Positions 48,971 to 59,445 of a stretch of 64,000 nucleotides of DNA are shown one piece after another. Each line of letters starts with the position of its first letter. Within the stretch, counting starts at the first letter, position 1. Source of the stretch: a virus. A model generated the notes under the pieces. That model did not search any database, had not been told where the DNA came from, and was given only the letters and a program-made list of their open reading frames with translations. The DNA lies in the IMG/VR virus record IMGVR_UViG_3300019487_000031, positions 1 through 64,000 of that record; one strand, 5' to 3'. The translations under genes were made by a program, and so were the position numbers.

Positions 48971-50277
48971 TATAATACTTTATCACCACCATATTGAGTT
49001 TTTAGTTCCCCAAGAATTTTTTGTATTGCTCTTTCTCTAGAATCTTGTAATTCTTGATTTCCAGAAGGATTTGCTCTATTATAATCTATAATTTGTTGCA
49101 AACTAGCCGTTGGAGAAGGCACAGGAAGAGAAGTTCCCATATCCGTCATAATTAGTCCCGTGGTTGGTGCTTCGGGAACATTTGAAGGCGCATTTAAAGC
49201 TGCCGTATAGCGTTGTTGTCCTTGTTCAACCGATTGTTGAAATGCCGCCTTATCAAAAGAATATGGATTGTTTGGATCATAAAAACCAACTTCTTGGTCA
49301 ATTGGAGAGCTAACTCCAGATAATTTTCCTAAAGCTCCTAATTTTGCTCTTTCTTCTGCTGAAGCAGAAGTTTGTGCTGTTGCCGCTATTGATGGCGTCA
49401 TATAGTTTTCTGGTACAGCACCCCAAGTTTCATATGGATTCTGAGTTCCTAAAATTCTTTGTCTATCTTCTGGTGTTAATTGACGATTACTAAATCTACT
49501 TAAAGCTTCTTCTTGAACAGTATTATAATCTTTTGCTCTTCCAGTTAAAGGATTTAGAAGATTTTGAAATGCTCCAGTTCCTTCTTGTAAAATATTACCA
49601 GATTGATCAATTCCTAATTGTTCTCTAGTTTGTTTTCCAAACTCTTGAGCTTGTCCCTGTCTTAATTGCCCGATTTGTCGTGCGGTATCTTCTTGTTGTC
49701 CAATTTCTCTAGTTAATCCAGTAGTTCCTCTGGCCGCTTGTTGCATTTGTTTTACGCCCGGACCTTGACCTAAAAGTAAAGTATCTAGGTTTCTTTGTCC
49801 TTGTGTATAATTCGGCCCTTGTCCAACATACGCTTGTAAAACTTGAGATTTATCTCCGGCACCACGTAACTGCTTGCCATATCCTTGCACTTCACGAGCT
49901 TTAGCGCCGATTTGTGCGACTTGGGATTGGTCCAATTGAGTAGGACCAGCATATTGTCCCGCTCTAAAAGTTTCAAATTGCTTTTGAAGATCTGGATTTA
50001 CGTTAGTTTGTCCACTTCCAATATTCTGTAAAGCTTGTTGACGGGCCGCAACATTTTGTGCTGATGCCAAATTTTGAGCACCTGATTGGTTTTCAAAGCC
50101 TTCACGAGTTTGCGCAAGATTTTGACGAACGCCAGAAGCTCCACCAGAAAGACCAGCACTTACCGTTGACGCTAATCTGTTATTTTGATTAGCACCTAAA
50201 ATTCGACCTAAATTAGTAAAACCACTCCCACGTCTAGTCGATTGGGGGGCCTGTGGATTGTTTACAATTGGGGGCAT
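48970..50277 (-). CDS. Gln/Gly-rich virion protein
   Basis: Low complexity (QGQ, GQG repeats). Confidence 0.45.
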   Translation of the reverse strand: MPPIVNNPQAPQSTRRGSGFTNLGRILGANQNNRLASTVSAGLSGGASGVRQNLAQTREGFENQSGAQNLASAQNVAARQQALQNIGSGQTNVNPDLQKQFETFRAGQYAGPTQLDQSQVAQIGAKAREVQGYGKQLRGAGDKSQVLQAYVGQGPNYTQGQRNLDTLLLGQGPGVKQMQQAARGTTGLTREIGQQEDTARQIGQLRQGQAQEFGKQTREQLGIDQSGNILQEGTGAFQNLLNPLTGRAKDYNTVQEEALSRFSNRQLTPEDRQRILGTQNPYETWGAVPENYMTPSIAATAQTSASAEERAKLGALGKLSGVSSPIDQEVGFYDPNNPYSFDKAAFQQSVEQGQQRYTAALNAPSNVPEAPTTGLIMTDMGTSLPVPSPTASLQQIIDYNRANPSGNQELQDSRERAIQKILGELKTQYGGDKVL

Positions 50278-50308
50278 TTTAATCCTATATTAGTTGTTAA
50301 ATTCCTTT

Positions 50309-50722
50309 TTAACCCCATACTACAACTCTAAGTAAAAATTGGTTATTTGCCGGAAGTCCAGTAATATGTTTTATAATAATACTAGTTCCATTCTGGATAA
50401 AGGTAATAAATGGGGCTCCAGTAGGATAAATAGTTGAATTTGTTTGATTTTCTGCAAACATAATGTGCGTTCCTTTTGCTATTTGAACATTATTTGTTAA
50501 GCCTATTGAAGTAGGATTAAGAGGAATGCCCGCAGAATCGACAATTATAGTAATATCTTTAATAGTGCAAAAAATATTATCAGTTAAGGAAATATTATTA
50601 TTTCCAAGGGTATAAAGAACTTCTAATCCGATGTTTAAAGACACGGATAGCCTATCGACAAGATCTTTAAATTCTTGTGCGTAATCTTGTTTATTTAATC
50701 TTTTAAACCCGGGAAGTTTCAT
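50309..50722 (-). CDS. Hypothetical virion-associated protein
   Basis: ORF within the operon. Confidence 0.35.
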   Translation of the reverse strand: MKLPGFKRLNKQDYAQEFKDLVDRLSVSLNIGLEVLYTLGNNNISLTDNIFCTIKDITIIVDSAGIPLNPTSIGLTNNVQIAKGTHIMFAENQTNSTIYPTGAPFITFIQNGTSIIIKHITGLPANNQFLLRVVVWG

Positions 50723-50740
50723 TTTACAACTCTTTACAAT

Positions 50741-53700
50741 CTAGCGCCTATACGCGCGATTTGATTGAGAAATACTACCATCAATAGTAATACCGAAACA
50801 GGACCATTTTTCTCTAGCTATTCTATGCGTAAATTTAATTAATACATAACGACAACGCATAACTTGTCTTGGGAAATACGTTCTAAAAGGTGCCCCGTGA
50901 GAGCCCCCTCCAAAAAACCCATTTCCAAACAAATTAAAGCCAAATATACCATTACCATCGCCTAAAAACTCAACCGGAATGAATTCAGGCAATAAATCAG
51001 ACGCAAAAGCTATCACAGCCTTGGTAAAAGCCTTACTTTCAAACATCATGGTAAAATTCATCAAATGCTTCCAGCCTAATGGATCGCCCATAGTTTGAGG
51101 CTCATATTGAAAATCTGTCTGAATCGCTTTAAAAACGATTATAGGCCCCACTAAGAAGTTAATGCCGGGATCTAATGTCAATTCGTTTGTGAATTGATTT
51201 ACGCCCGTTATAAGCGATTCTAGAGGGGTTGTAGAATCAATTAGAACATAATTATTGAAGATAACGCCCGGATCGATATTTAAGTTATTAACTATAGCAT
51301 TAAAACAAGCGAATAAATCCCTGAAATCACTATTTAAAGTGCTCCAAGAGCCCGTATTTCCTGAAATTGTTACAGAAACTGGAACACTAAAGTTATTAGC
51401 ATCAACTACAGTTATTGCATAATTCCCGTCAATTATAGGAACTGTATTAGTTCCAGTTAAAGCGATATATCTACCATTTTGTAGTTCGTGTCCGGCTGAA
51501 GTTATAACCGCTGGATTAGTTGCAGTAATATTAGTAACAACTCCGGATTTTGAATCAATAATATCAAAATAGTTAGAAAACTGAGTTCCTGGATCAGTAT
51601 CTAATTTATTCGCAAGTTCTACTAATTTAGTTCTGATATCATCTCCACCAATCATTTCTTGAGTAGTTAAATAATCAAAACGCGCGATTCCTGAAGTTCC
51701 TGCGGTGGTCACTGGTTCTGGAATTGCAATAGTAAAACTAAAAGGTGAAGGAACAGTATCAACTTGATAAGTTCCATCAATAATAGGATCACTGTTTGTA
51801 TTAGCTAGAATAACGAAATCATTAACGATAAGGTTATGATATCTATAAATTGTATGAGTTCCTACTCCACCAGTCGTTAAATTAATCGCTGCTCCACCTA
51901 AAGTTGCGGCTAATTGAAATGTATTTAACGTTGGATTAAGAATAAAATAAGTTGTGTCAGCTACTAATGGGGCCGGTAAAGTACCAGTTGATAAAAATCT
52001 TACTTTATTACCAAGAACATATCCATGTCCTGGAATAGTAATAGTATCTGTTACAGTATTAACATCTGCGGCGACGAACTGATCATTCTTAGTAGTAATT
52101 AAAGGATTTGAACCTGTCGTGATAGATTCAATTTGAACAGACGCAACTGCCGCATCATTATCAAGCTTTAGTAATAACGCATTAAAATTAACAACAGTAA
52201 CTCGTTGTTCTTGATAAAAAACATCTCCGATTTCAATTCCAGCAACGGAAGATAATTTAATTTTTGTTCCCGCATTGAAAAAACTATCAGTTGAAAGATT
52301 TAAACGTAATTCTCTATCGGCATAATCCGTTCTATCAAACGATTTTCTTTCTTCTTCTATAAAGTTAACATCTCCGGCCCCGACATACATCTTATCATCG
52401 GCTGGATTAATAATTCCACAAGTTGTGGTTTTATCAATAGTCGTCCAAGAATTGGTTAAATTACCAAATCTATATCCAATCATAGCTACTGTATCGTTCG
52501 TTTCAAAGTTTGTATAAACTGTATATGAGTTATCGGAATCATATCCAACCCCCCAAGTTACAGTTTTAAAATTAATGAAGTTTGCAGATGCCAATCTTAG
52601 AATGTTAATATCAATTTCTCTAGAAACTATATCAATACCAGCTTCAGAAACGGCGTGAATTCCTTGAGTAGTCCATCCATAAATAAGGTTATTAGCTAAT
52701 CCTAGTGAATCTGCTGCTATTAATACGCATGAAGAATCGAATAATGCTAGATTAAATGGGGCAGTTTCTCCAGAAACACGGAATAATCCGTCTTCCTTGA
52801 ACACGAATAAACTATCTCGTAAAGGGAATATTCGTAAAATTGCTTTTTCTTCAGAACCAACATCGAAATAGTTTGTAATAGGAACAGCTTCCGGCTGATT
52901 TATTTTAGAATAATAAATTCGATTTTGCTTCTCTTCGTTATCAGAGGCAACGGACAAACTCTTTTTAATAATTACCCCAGTAGTTCCTGCCGTAGTTACA
53001 TTTACCGGAACACTAAAAGTATTAACAGTTAAAAATGTAATTAATTGTTCCCCATTAATAGAAGGTGAGGAATTACTAAAAGCTATACCAGCTATGTCAC
53101 CGGATACAAGCCCATGAGCGGTTAAAGTCACAACAGATGGATTTGTTGCACTATTACTTAGTGTATCATCAGGATTTGGAACAATAGGAGGATCAAATGA
53201 ATTTCCAGTGTCAAAGTTATTAGCAACAATAAAAAATTCAGGGTCATCAAGCTCCCTACCCTCGAAAAGCATCTTTCCTGGAACATCAACCAATCCTGAA
53301 AGATAGAAAATATATAATGTTTCAGCCGTATTTAAATTAACAACATTCTGAAAACTTCTTGCAGTTTCATCAACAGCTTGAGCAGGAGATACAACAGTAG
53401 ATAATAAAACTTCATTAAACGCGGCATTTTCCCCTCTTCCTTGTTGGGTAATAGTAATAGTAAATCCAGACGTTTCAGCTGTTGCATCAGTAGTCGTGCC
53501 CTGTATAACGTTTGTAACAATTACATTATTAGTAGCACCGCTAATAATAAAATCAGAAGGAACTCTAGCTAACGTATTTCTAGTTTTGAAGGCTACTGTA
53601 TTTGCAGTATCGCCAGTTGCAATAGCGACTTTAATCCCGGTTCTGCCGGAAATTAATGGATCAGTTCCAGATCCGCTAACCTCATACCAAACATAATACA

Positions 53701-55741
53701 TGCTTTGGTCTTTACCAGAGTTTAAATAAAAATAATCTCCAGCTAAGGAACCCGCAACATCGGGAATTGTTGCAATATTAGTAATTTCGGCAGTTCCTCT
53801 AATAAAATAGTATTGATTGGCAGTAGCACCATGAATAATAGCTACCATAGAATTAGACCAATATCCAGTAGTTGAACCCGCTCCGCCAGAAGCCGCAACA
53901 GTAAAAGTTGTAGACGTTGGAGTAGTCGCAACACGATGCACTAATTGATCTAGTGTTGCAATACCAGTTCCGTTAATATAAACAATTTGATCTACTTCTA
54001 GATTATGATCTGTATCCGTGGTTATGGTAGCTGGTGCGCCGGCGGTAACTAAAACGATATTACCCGCATTAAAATTCTGAACACCCAATAAATTGACATT
54101 TAGTCTTTCTCTAGTTTTCGTGTTGGCATAGAATAAAACGTTTTTAAATCTGTTAATATCCTTAGCAAGTGGGGGAACATCGTTTGCCAATAAAATACCA
54201 CCTAGAGATGGGTTTGTATAAAGGTCTTGCCCAGCAAACGCATCAATTGTTTGATCTAAAATTATCATTTGACCAGCCGCCAACTCTGCTGCCGTAGGAA
54301 ATGCCTCATAAACTTGTTGCATTTCATCATCAGGAGTTAAATCGGATAGTACAGTTGTTCCAGTAGCTATTGAAATATTAGAACGATAAATTTGAACGAA
54401 ATGATTGGGCGTTACATCTTGTGGAATATTAACAGTTAAAATAACATTAGCCGTAGTTGTAACGTCAAGCGGTGTAATATATGTAGATTGATTTAATGCT
54501 GAAATTACTGTAGTTGGTTCAGCCTGTAATTGTGTAATAATTTGATCTAGGGCCGCCTGCATTATTTGGAGTTGGTCGCCAGTAGCAGGATTATTAACAG
54601 TCTGAGTAGTAAGGTCAACCGTTGAACCATTAAAATCAATATTAGAAATTGTAAATCTATATTCATAAGAATGTATTTCCGCTGTAGCGCCAGTTGCGGT
54701 TGCGGCAAAAGTCTCGCTTGTATTAAATGTTACAGTGGTAGCAGTAACTGCCGAAACAACTTGAGACCCATTTACAGCCGCCGGGGCTCCAGTAAAGCCT
54801 TGTAAAAATATATGACTTCCAGCGGCCCAGTAGGTTGTAGGATCGCCAACAGCAAAAGTAATTGTGCATGACGTTCCGTTTGCGGAAATTGCAGTAGCTC
54901 CGGTCATGTCTAAAGGCGTAGCACCTCCGCCGACGTTTGCATACCAAATATCGTTATCAATTTTAGCTGCTAATGCTATAATTTGACTTTGAACTTCTGG
55001 TGCCGTGGCATTGTATTCCAAAGCTAGGGTATCGACATAATCGCCATCACCAATAAAAGCGGTAGGCGTCGTTTCAGTAATATCATCTAAGGCACCTAGT
55101 ATTCTATCAAAATCAGAAATTAAGAATGTAAGAAGAGAATTATAAAGAACAATTCTTTCGGAAGGCGTTCCTAAAATGCTATTATTGTTTGCATCTCTAA
55201 TACCCCAAACGGCCCGATAAGCAACAGTGCTATTTTCTGGAAGAAATCCCGTAGAATTACCAAGTTGAAAATCAATACGAGCAGAACCATTAATAGCTTT
55301 AACTCCACCGGCATTAGTAACGTATCCGGCGGCAGTCGTGAATTGATCTGGACTAGCGGCTGAAATCTTTTTAATACCCTCTGAAGTAGTAAAATAGAAG
55401 TTACCATTAGATTCAATAGATTTAATTCTAAGTCCTGGATCTACTTCTTCAAAGTTACTAGCAAATGAATTAAAAATAGATTGTTCATCGGCATTTAGTA
55501 TTTCGGTATCGAATTGTAAGGTAGAGCCGAAATGTCTTAAAATTCTGTCTTTATAAGTAAAAAGTTGCTTGATCGCCGTAGTTGCGGCCGTTCCATAAAG
55601 GCGCATTCCCCTCCTAGATTCCATAACATTATCACGTTTGATAATGATATTAGAAGCGGTGGTAAGTCCGCCATCCTTAGTTTCTAAGGCATTGGGACTT
55701 GTAGATAGACCTTTAGCTTTTAATGTGATTTGCGCTGGCAT
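50741..55741 (-). CDS. Giant (1666 aa) Thr/Ala/Gly-rich structural protein (tail fibre/adhesin or ejection-protein-like)
   Basis: Long stretches of TTATxxT and GATA-type repeats that look like beta-rich fibre. Confidence 0.5.
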   Translation of the reverse strand: MPAQITLKAKGLSTSPNALETKDGGLTTASNIIIKRDNVMESRRGMRLYGTAATTAIKQLFTYKDRILRHFGSTLQFDTEILNADEQSIFNSFASNFEEVDPGLRIKSIESNGNFYFTTSEGIKKISAASPDQFTTAAGYVTNAGGVKAINGSARIDFQLGNSTGFLPENSTVAYRAVWGIRDANNNSILGTPSERIVLYNSLLTFLISDFDRILGALDDITETTPTAFIGDGDYVDTLALEYNATAPEVQSQIIALAAKIDNDIWYANVGGGATPLDMTGATAISANGTSCTITFAVGDPTTYWAAGSHIFLQGFTGAPAAVNGSQVVSAVTATTVTFNTSETFAATATGATAEIHSYEYRFTISNIDFNGSTVDLTTQTVNNPATGDQLQIMQAALDQIITQLQAEPTTVISALNQSTYITPLDVTTTANVILTVNIPQDVTPNHFVQIYRSNISIATGTTVLSDLTPDDEMQQVYEAFPTAAELAAGQMIILDQTIDAFAGQDLYTNPSLGGILLANDVPPLAKDINRFKNVLFYANTKTRERLNVNLLGVQNFNAGNIVLVTAGAPATITTDTDHNLEVDQIVYINGTGIATLDQLVHRVATTPTSTTFTVAASGGAGSTTGYWSNSMVAIIHGATANQYYFIRGTAEITNIATIPDVAGSLAGDYFYLNSGKDQSMYYVWYEVSGSGTDPLISGRTGIKVAIATGDTANTVAFKTRNTLARVPSDFIISGATNNVIVTNVIQGTTTDATAETSGFTITITQQGRGENAAFNEVLLSTVVSPAQAVDETARSFQNVVNLNTAETLYIFYLSGLVDVPGKMLFEGRELDDPEFFIVANNFDTGNSFDPPIVPNPDDTLSNSATNPSVVTLTAHGLVSGDIAGIAFSNSSPSINGEQLITFLTVNTFSVPVNVTTAGTTGVIIKKSLSVASDNEEKQNRIYYSKINQPEAVPITNYFDVGSEEKAILRIFPLRDSLFVFKEDGLFRVSGETAPFNLALFDSSCVLIAADSLGLANNLIYGWTTQGIHAVSEAGIDIVSREIDINILRLASANFINFKTVTWGVGYDSDNSYTVYTNFETNDTVAMIGYRFGNLTNSWTTIDKTTTCGIINPADDKMYVGAGDVNFIEEERKSFDRTDYADRELRLNLSTDSFFNAGTKIKLSSVAGIEIGDVFYQEQRVTVVNFNALLLKLDNDAAVASVQIESITTGSNPLITTKNDQFVAADVNTVTDTITIPGHGYVLGNKVRFLSTGTLPAPLVADTTYFILNPTLNTFQLAATLGGAAINLTTGGVGTHTIYRYHNLIVNDFVILANTNSDPIIDGTYQVDTVPSPFSFTIAIPEPVTTAGTSGIARFDYLTTQEMIGGDDIRTKLVELANKLDTDPGTQFSNYFDIIDSKSGVVTNITATNPAVITSAGHELQNGRYIALTGTNTVPIIDGNYAITVVDANNFSVPVSVTISGNTGSWSTLNSDFRDLFACFNAIVNNLNIDPGVIFNNYVLIDSTTPLESLITGVNQFTNELTLDPGINFLVGPIIVFKAIQTDFQYEPQTMGDPLGWKHLMNFTMMFESKAFTKAVIAFASDLLPEFIPVEFLGDGNGIFGFNLFGNGFFGGGSHGAPFRTYFPRQVMRCRYVLIKFTHRIAREKWSCFGITIDGSISQSNRAYRR

Positions 55742-55753
55742 TTCAACCTCTTA

Positions 55754-57034
55754 TTAATAGCGCCGACGGTCTGTAAAACCTTGGTATCGTAGTATGCTAT
55801 GTCGCGCTAAAACTTTTTGCGGAGAACCATCATCTCGAACATCAATTAGATTTCCTTCGGTTCTATTTAATTTTTCAACCTTACTATCGGAAATCGCCAT
55901 TCCTTCTTTATCGCCAATGGCTTCTAAAATGCGAGAACAAGTTCTTTGTACAAGACTTGAATGAAGTTCTGGAGGCATGAACGGGATAATACATTCATTT
56001 CTAGAACAAACATAATCTCCAACAACAAAATCAGCTGGAACAGAATCTTCTGGCAAATTAAGAGTAGTTCCTGAAATGCTTGCAGTATTTAATAAAATAT
56101 CATAGTTGACAATTCTATGACCAGGAAGAGTTTGTAATAAATCAACATATGTACCTGAAGTCATGTTTGACGGAACGGTACTTAATGATTCTAATCCTAA
56201 AGTGGTTTGTACTAAAAATGCCGCAGAATTAGAACTTTCTACCGTATTCGGTCTGTTTGAGAATAAAACTTTTACTGTATTAGTTGCTGGGTTTCCGTTA
56301 GTTGCTGAAAAATCAATTCCGGCATTATTAATAGCCGTTACTAAATTAGTTGCGGTTGCGGAAGACGTAGCACCAATTAAAAATTGATTGCCGGTAGGCG
56401 CCGCCAAAACGGCTTCAAAAATCGTTGGGGTACTAACCTGCCCATTGACAATGGATAAAGTTACAGTATCACCAGGGATGATACTTGCATTTGTAACCGT
56501 AACAGTTTTAGAAAATCCATTAATCGTAAAAGCCCGAGTTTCTTCTACTAACTGATTAGGTCTAATATGCCAATACATTACAACAAGTCCAGTAGGATTA
56601 TCAGTAATGGATGGAATTAAAACGATGTTATTATTTTGAAAGTAATATCTAAAAGGTGTTTGATTTGAAATGCTAATAGATTGAAACCAGGTTTTATCAT
56701 CAGCATTAACTCTGGTCATTTCAAAAATTTGACCATAGGGTAAAGCTGGGGTAGTATTACCATCAGCATATAGAATATCTCGTAACTTCATTCCAATTGC
56801 TCTATTAGGCACAGGATATTCGCTTCGATTTTCTTCTATGGTAACTGAAGAAGCAACTACTAAAAATTCCTCATGATATTGAAGAATATTAGGAAGTAGC
56901 TCTTCTTTAACTACATCATTGGCAAAGTTTAAGATTTCTTGATCAGTAAACGTACTTTGATAAACAGGAAAAGATATACGTCTTTTTACTGCATTAATTA
57001 AATCGTTTGATGTAAGCCATGGATTAACTGCCAT
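55754..57034 (-). CDS. Virion structural protein
   Basis: ORF within the operon. Confidence 0.4.
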   Translation of the reverse strand: MAVNPWLTSNDLINAVKRRISFPVYQSTFTDQEILNFANDVVKEELLPNILQYHEEFLVVASSVTIEENRSEYPVPNRAIGMKLRDILYADGNTTPALPYGQIFEMTRVNADDKTWFQSISISNQTPFRYYFQNNNIVLIPSITDNPTGLVVMYWHIRPNQLVEETRAFTINGFSKTVTVTNASIIPGDTVTLSIVNGQVSTPTIFEAVLAAPTGNQFLIGATSSATATNLVTAINNAGIDFSATNGNPATNTVKVLFSNRPNTVESSNSAAFLVQTTLGLESLSTVPSNMTSGTYVDLLQTLPGHRIVNYDILLNTASISGTTLNLPEDSVPADFVVGDYVCSRNECIIPFMPPELHSSLVQRTCSRILEAIGDKEGMAISDSKVEKLNRTEGNLIDVRDDGSPQKVLARHSILRYQGFTDRRRY

Positions 57035-57046
57035 TATTAGTTCCTA

Positions 57047-58543
57047 TTAGAACGCCCATGCTGGAATTACATAGTTGGTTCCATTAATATTTAACGTTAG
57101 ATATACGGACGGATCACCGGTTGAGGCGCCAGGACCATTCGTTAGCGTTAATACACCAGCCGCCGGAGCTTGCAAAGCGCCATTAACCTCATGAATTTCC
57201 GTTTCCCCAGTTCCACCAATCTTAACTACCCCCACACCAGATACGGCAAGTCTTTCAATAGAATTAGTAGTCAAACTAATCGGGTTCATGCCATCTTGAG
57301 AAATTCTCATTCCACCAGTAAAGGTAGCATCGGATTGAAGAATAGATTGAGCACCAGCGGCTATGGAAGTTGCGTAAACATCAAAATTACCAGCATCTGT
57401 TACAAAACGCCCACGAACCGTGGCACTTCCGCCAACATCCGAGTTTCTAAAAGTAATAAGAGTGGCCGCATCTTGATCTTGTCTTAAATCAAACTTATTA
57501 ACTGGAGCAGTTCCAACCCCGAGATTTTTGAAAATAGTCACACCATCAGCCGCAACAATTCTCATTTGTTCATCAGCGGCGGTAAATCCGGTAGCCATTA
57601 CTATATTTCCACCCGGAGATAGGTGTAGTAAGCCGCCCGTCATCGCCGCCGGGGCGTACACAATACCTTGACGCATCTTTAGGATATCTTCCGCAAACGC
57701 AACATCGCCATTATTTTGAAGAACTAATCCAATTCCTCCTGCCGCAGTCGCCATATTAATACGAGTGAATCCATCCAAAGTATCATTAACTAGAAAGAAA
57801 TCAGTAGGACCGGCGGCATTCGGTTGATCGACCACAAGAGGCTGTGTTAAACTAGGAATCAATGTCCCAGTGCCTGCCTTAAATCCAGTTACAGCATTAA
57901 CTACAGAAGGGCGATTCGCATTGTCCGCGCCAATACTGCCCTGACCATCGACTGCCCACAAAAGATTAAGATTTACGTTATCTGAGTGATCAAAATGAAG
58001 AAGATTTGCGCCGCCGCTTCGTCTCCATGTTAATACTCTACTACTATCGATATAGCTGAAATGATAGAAAGCCCCCAATCCTGAATCAAAATATCCAAAT
58101 CTTGAAAATCCCGCAATACTATCAGCAAAGAAATATGTATTACCGACGGGACCAATTTGCATGTAGTTTAAAAGATAGAATTTAGAAGGACGGTTTGTTC
58201 CGTTCGCGCCGATATCCCCGGCGCCATCTGATGACCATAAAAGATCATCACTTAAAGTAAGATCTCCCGTAGATACTAAAGCCCCAGTTGACACACTAGC
58301 CGCGCTTAAAGCCGCAATTCCTGAAAGGTTATTAGAATCATCAACAATAACTCCGGAATTTTGTAATAAGTTACCCGCAACTCCATCAAATCTAGGTAAA
58401 GCATTATCAGTTGAACTGCCAGGACCAGTAACATCGCCCGTTCCAGCCGCATTTAAAAGTGCGATTACTCTATCAGTAGTTTCTGGCGTTCCTAAGGCTC
58501 CTAATAGAAGTCTTTTATCAATTTCTGTTAAAGGCGCTGCCAT
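57047..58543 (-). CDS. Tail fibre/spike-like protein
   Basis: Gly/Ser/Thr/Asn-rich repeats (GDIGANGTNRPS repeated twice). Confidence 0.45.
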   Translation of the reverse strand: MAAPLTEIDKRLLLGALGTPETTDRVIALLNAAGTGDVTGPGSSTDNALPRFDGVAGNLLQNSGVIVDDSNNLSGIAALSAASVSTGALVSTGDLTLSDDLLWSSDGAGDIGANGTNRPSKFYLLNYMQIGPVGNTYFFADSIAGFSRFGYFDSGLGAFYHFSYIDSSRVLTWRRSGGANLLHFDHSDNVNLNLLWAVDGQGSIGADNANRPSVVNAVTGFKAGTGTLIPSLTQPLVVDQPNAAGPTDFFLVNDTLDGFTRINMATAAGGIGLVLQNNGDVAFAEDILKMRQGIVYAPAAMTGGLLHLSPGGNIVMATGFTAADEQMRIVAADGVTIFKNLGVGTAPVNKFDLRQDQDAATLITFRNSDVGGSATVRGRFVTDAGNFDVYATSIAAGAQSILQSDATFTGGMRISQDGMNPISLTTNSIERLAVSGVGVVKIGGTGETEIHEVNGALQAPAAGVLTLTNGPGASTGDPSVYLTLNINGTNYVIPAWAF

Positions 58544-58553
58544 TTATTTCTCC

Positions 58554-58937
58554 TTACGAAACGTGTTCTTTATTTTTTAATTTCTCTTTAAGTTTCATCA
58601 AAAGCACAATTCTCTGATCGATATCTTCTTCACTGAGATTATCACCCATTAGGTTTAGATCTCCTTGAGGCTCCTCAGTATCACCTAGTTCAGAATTATC
58701 TTTACCCATATCAGGCATATCATGAACCATTTCATTCGCCGCGTCTAATCCGGCCTCTAATCCTTCTTGACTAGGAGAAGCAACAGAAACCTTTTTAAGT
58801 CCTGCCAACTTTTCTCCCATATCAGACGAAGCTTGATCTTTTAAATCAGATAAAACATCCATTTTCGCTTTTTGATGCATAGGAGAAGAAACTTTCTTTC
58901 CCTTTTTTTCCATCATTTTATCGAATTTGTCGTACAT
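58554..58937 (-). CDS. Acidic protein (scaffold-like composition)
   Basis: Highly acidic, with a helical heptad feel. Confidence 0.3.
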   Translation of the reverse strand: MYDKFDKMMEKKGKKVSSPMHQKAKMDVLSDLKDQASSDMGEKLAGLKKVSVASPSQEGLEAGLDAANEMVHDMPDMGKDNSELGDTEEPQGDLNLMGDNLSEEDIDQRIVLLMKLKEKLKNKEHVS

Positions 58938-58944
58938 ACATCCT

Positions 58945-59178
58945 TTACTTTAAGTTATAATCTTCTTGTTGACTGTTAGCACCAGAAGTTGCTACGCCAG
59001 CGGTCATATCTCTGGTAGTTACTTGAACAGAACCATCAATAGCTCCGCCTAATAAGGCATCGCATAAATCGCGTAGTTCTACAACAGCGGCATGAGGTTT
59101 CCCAGGACGTTGGCAACGAGCATTTAAACTATCAATGCTTTGTGCTGGAATGTCCATTTCTATTACAATGAACGCCAT
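58945..59178 (-). CDS. Hypothetical protein carrying the inverted copy of the MDIPAQSIDSLNARCQR module
   Basis: See 40126..40359. Confidence 0.4.
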   Translation of the reverse strand: MAFIVIEMDIPAQSIDSLNARCQRPGKPHAAVVELRDLCDALLGGAIDGSVQVTTRDMTAGVATSGANSQQEDYNLK

Positions 59179-59445
59179 AATTATTTTCTCCTTTAATATT
59201 AATTATTTAGACTAGCTAATCTTCGAAAATACGAAGAAATTTCAAAACTTATATAATATAGTTGTTAATATGTTATTTTTTCTCTAATACTTTAAATTTA
59301 TGACGTTTTTTGGGAATTTTAGCCCCATTTTTTCTAGCTTCACTTAAAGCTATAGCGGCGGCTTGTTTTTGTTCTCTTCCAGAATTCATTAATTCTTGGA
59401 TATTAGAAGATATAATATCTTTACTTTTGCCGGACTTAAGAGGCA

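Noticed and set aside
53332-54947. Short Cys/Arg-rich minus-strand ORFs (53332..53520, 54723..54947, 55171..55416) within the 1666-aa gene region
   Set aside because: They are alternative frames of the same strand, fully inside the giant ORF 50741..55741. They are compositional artefacts.
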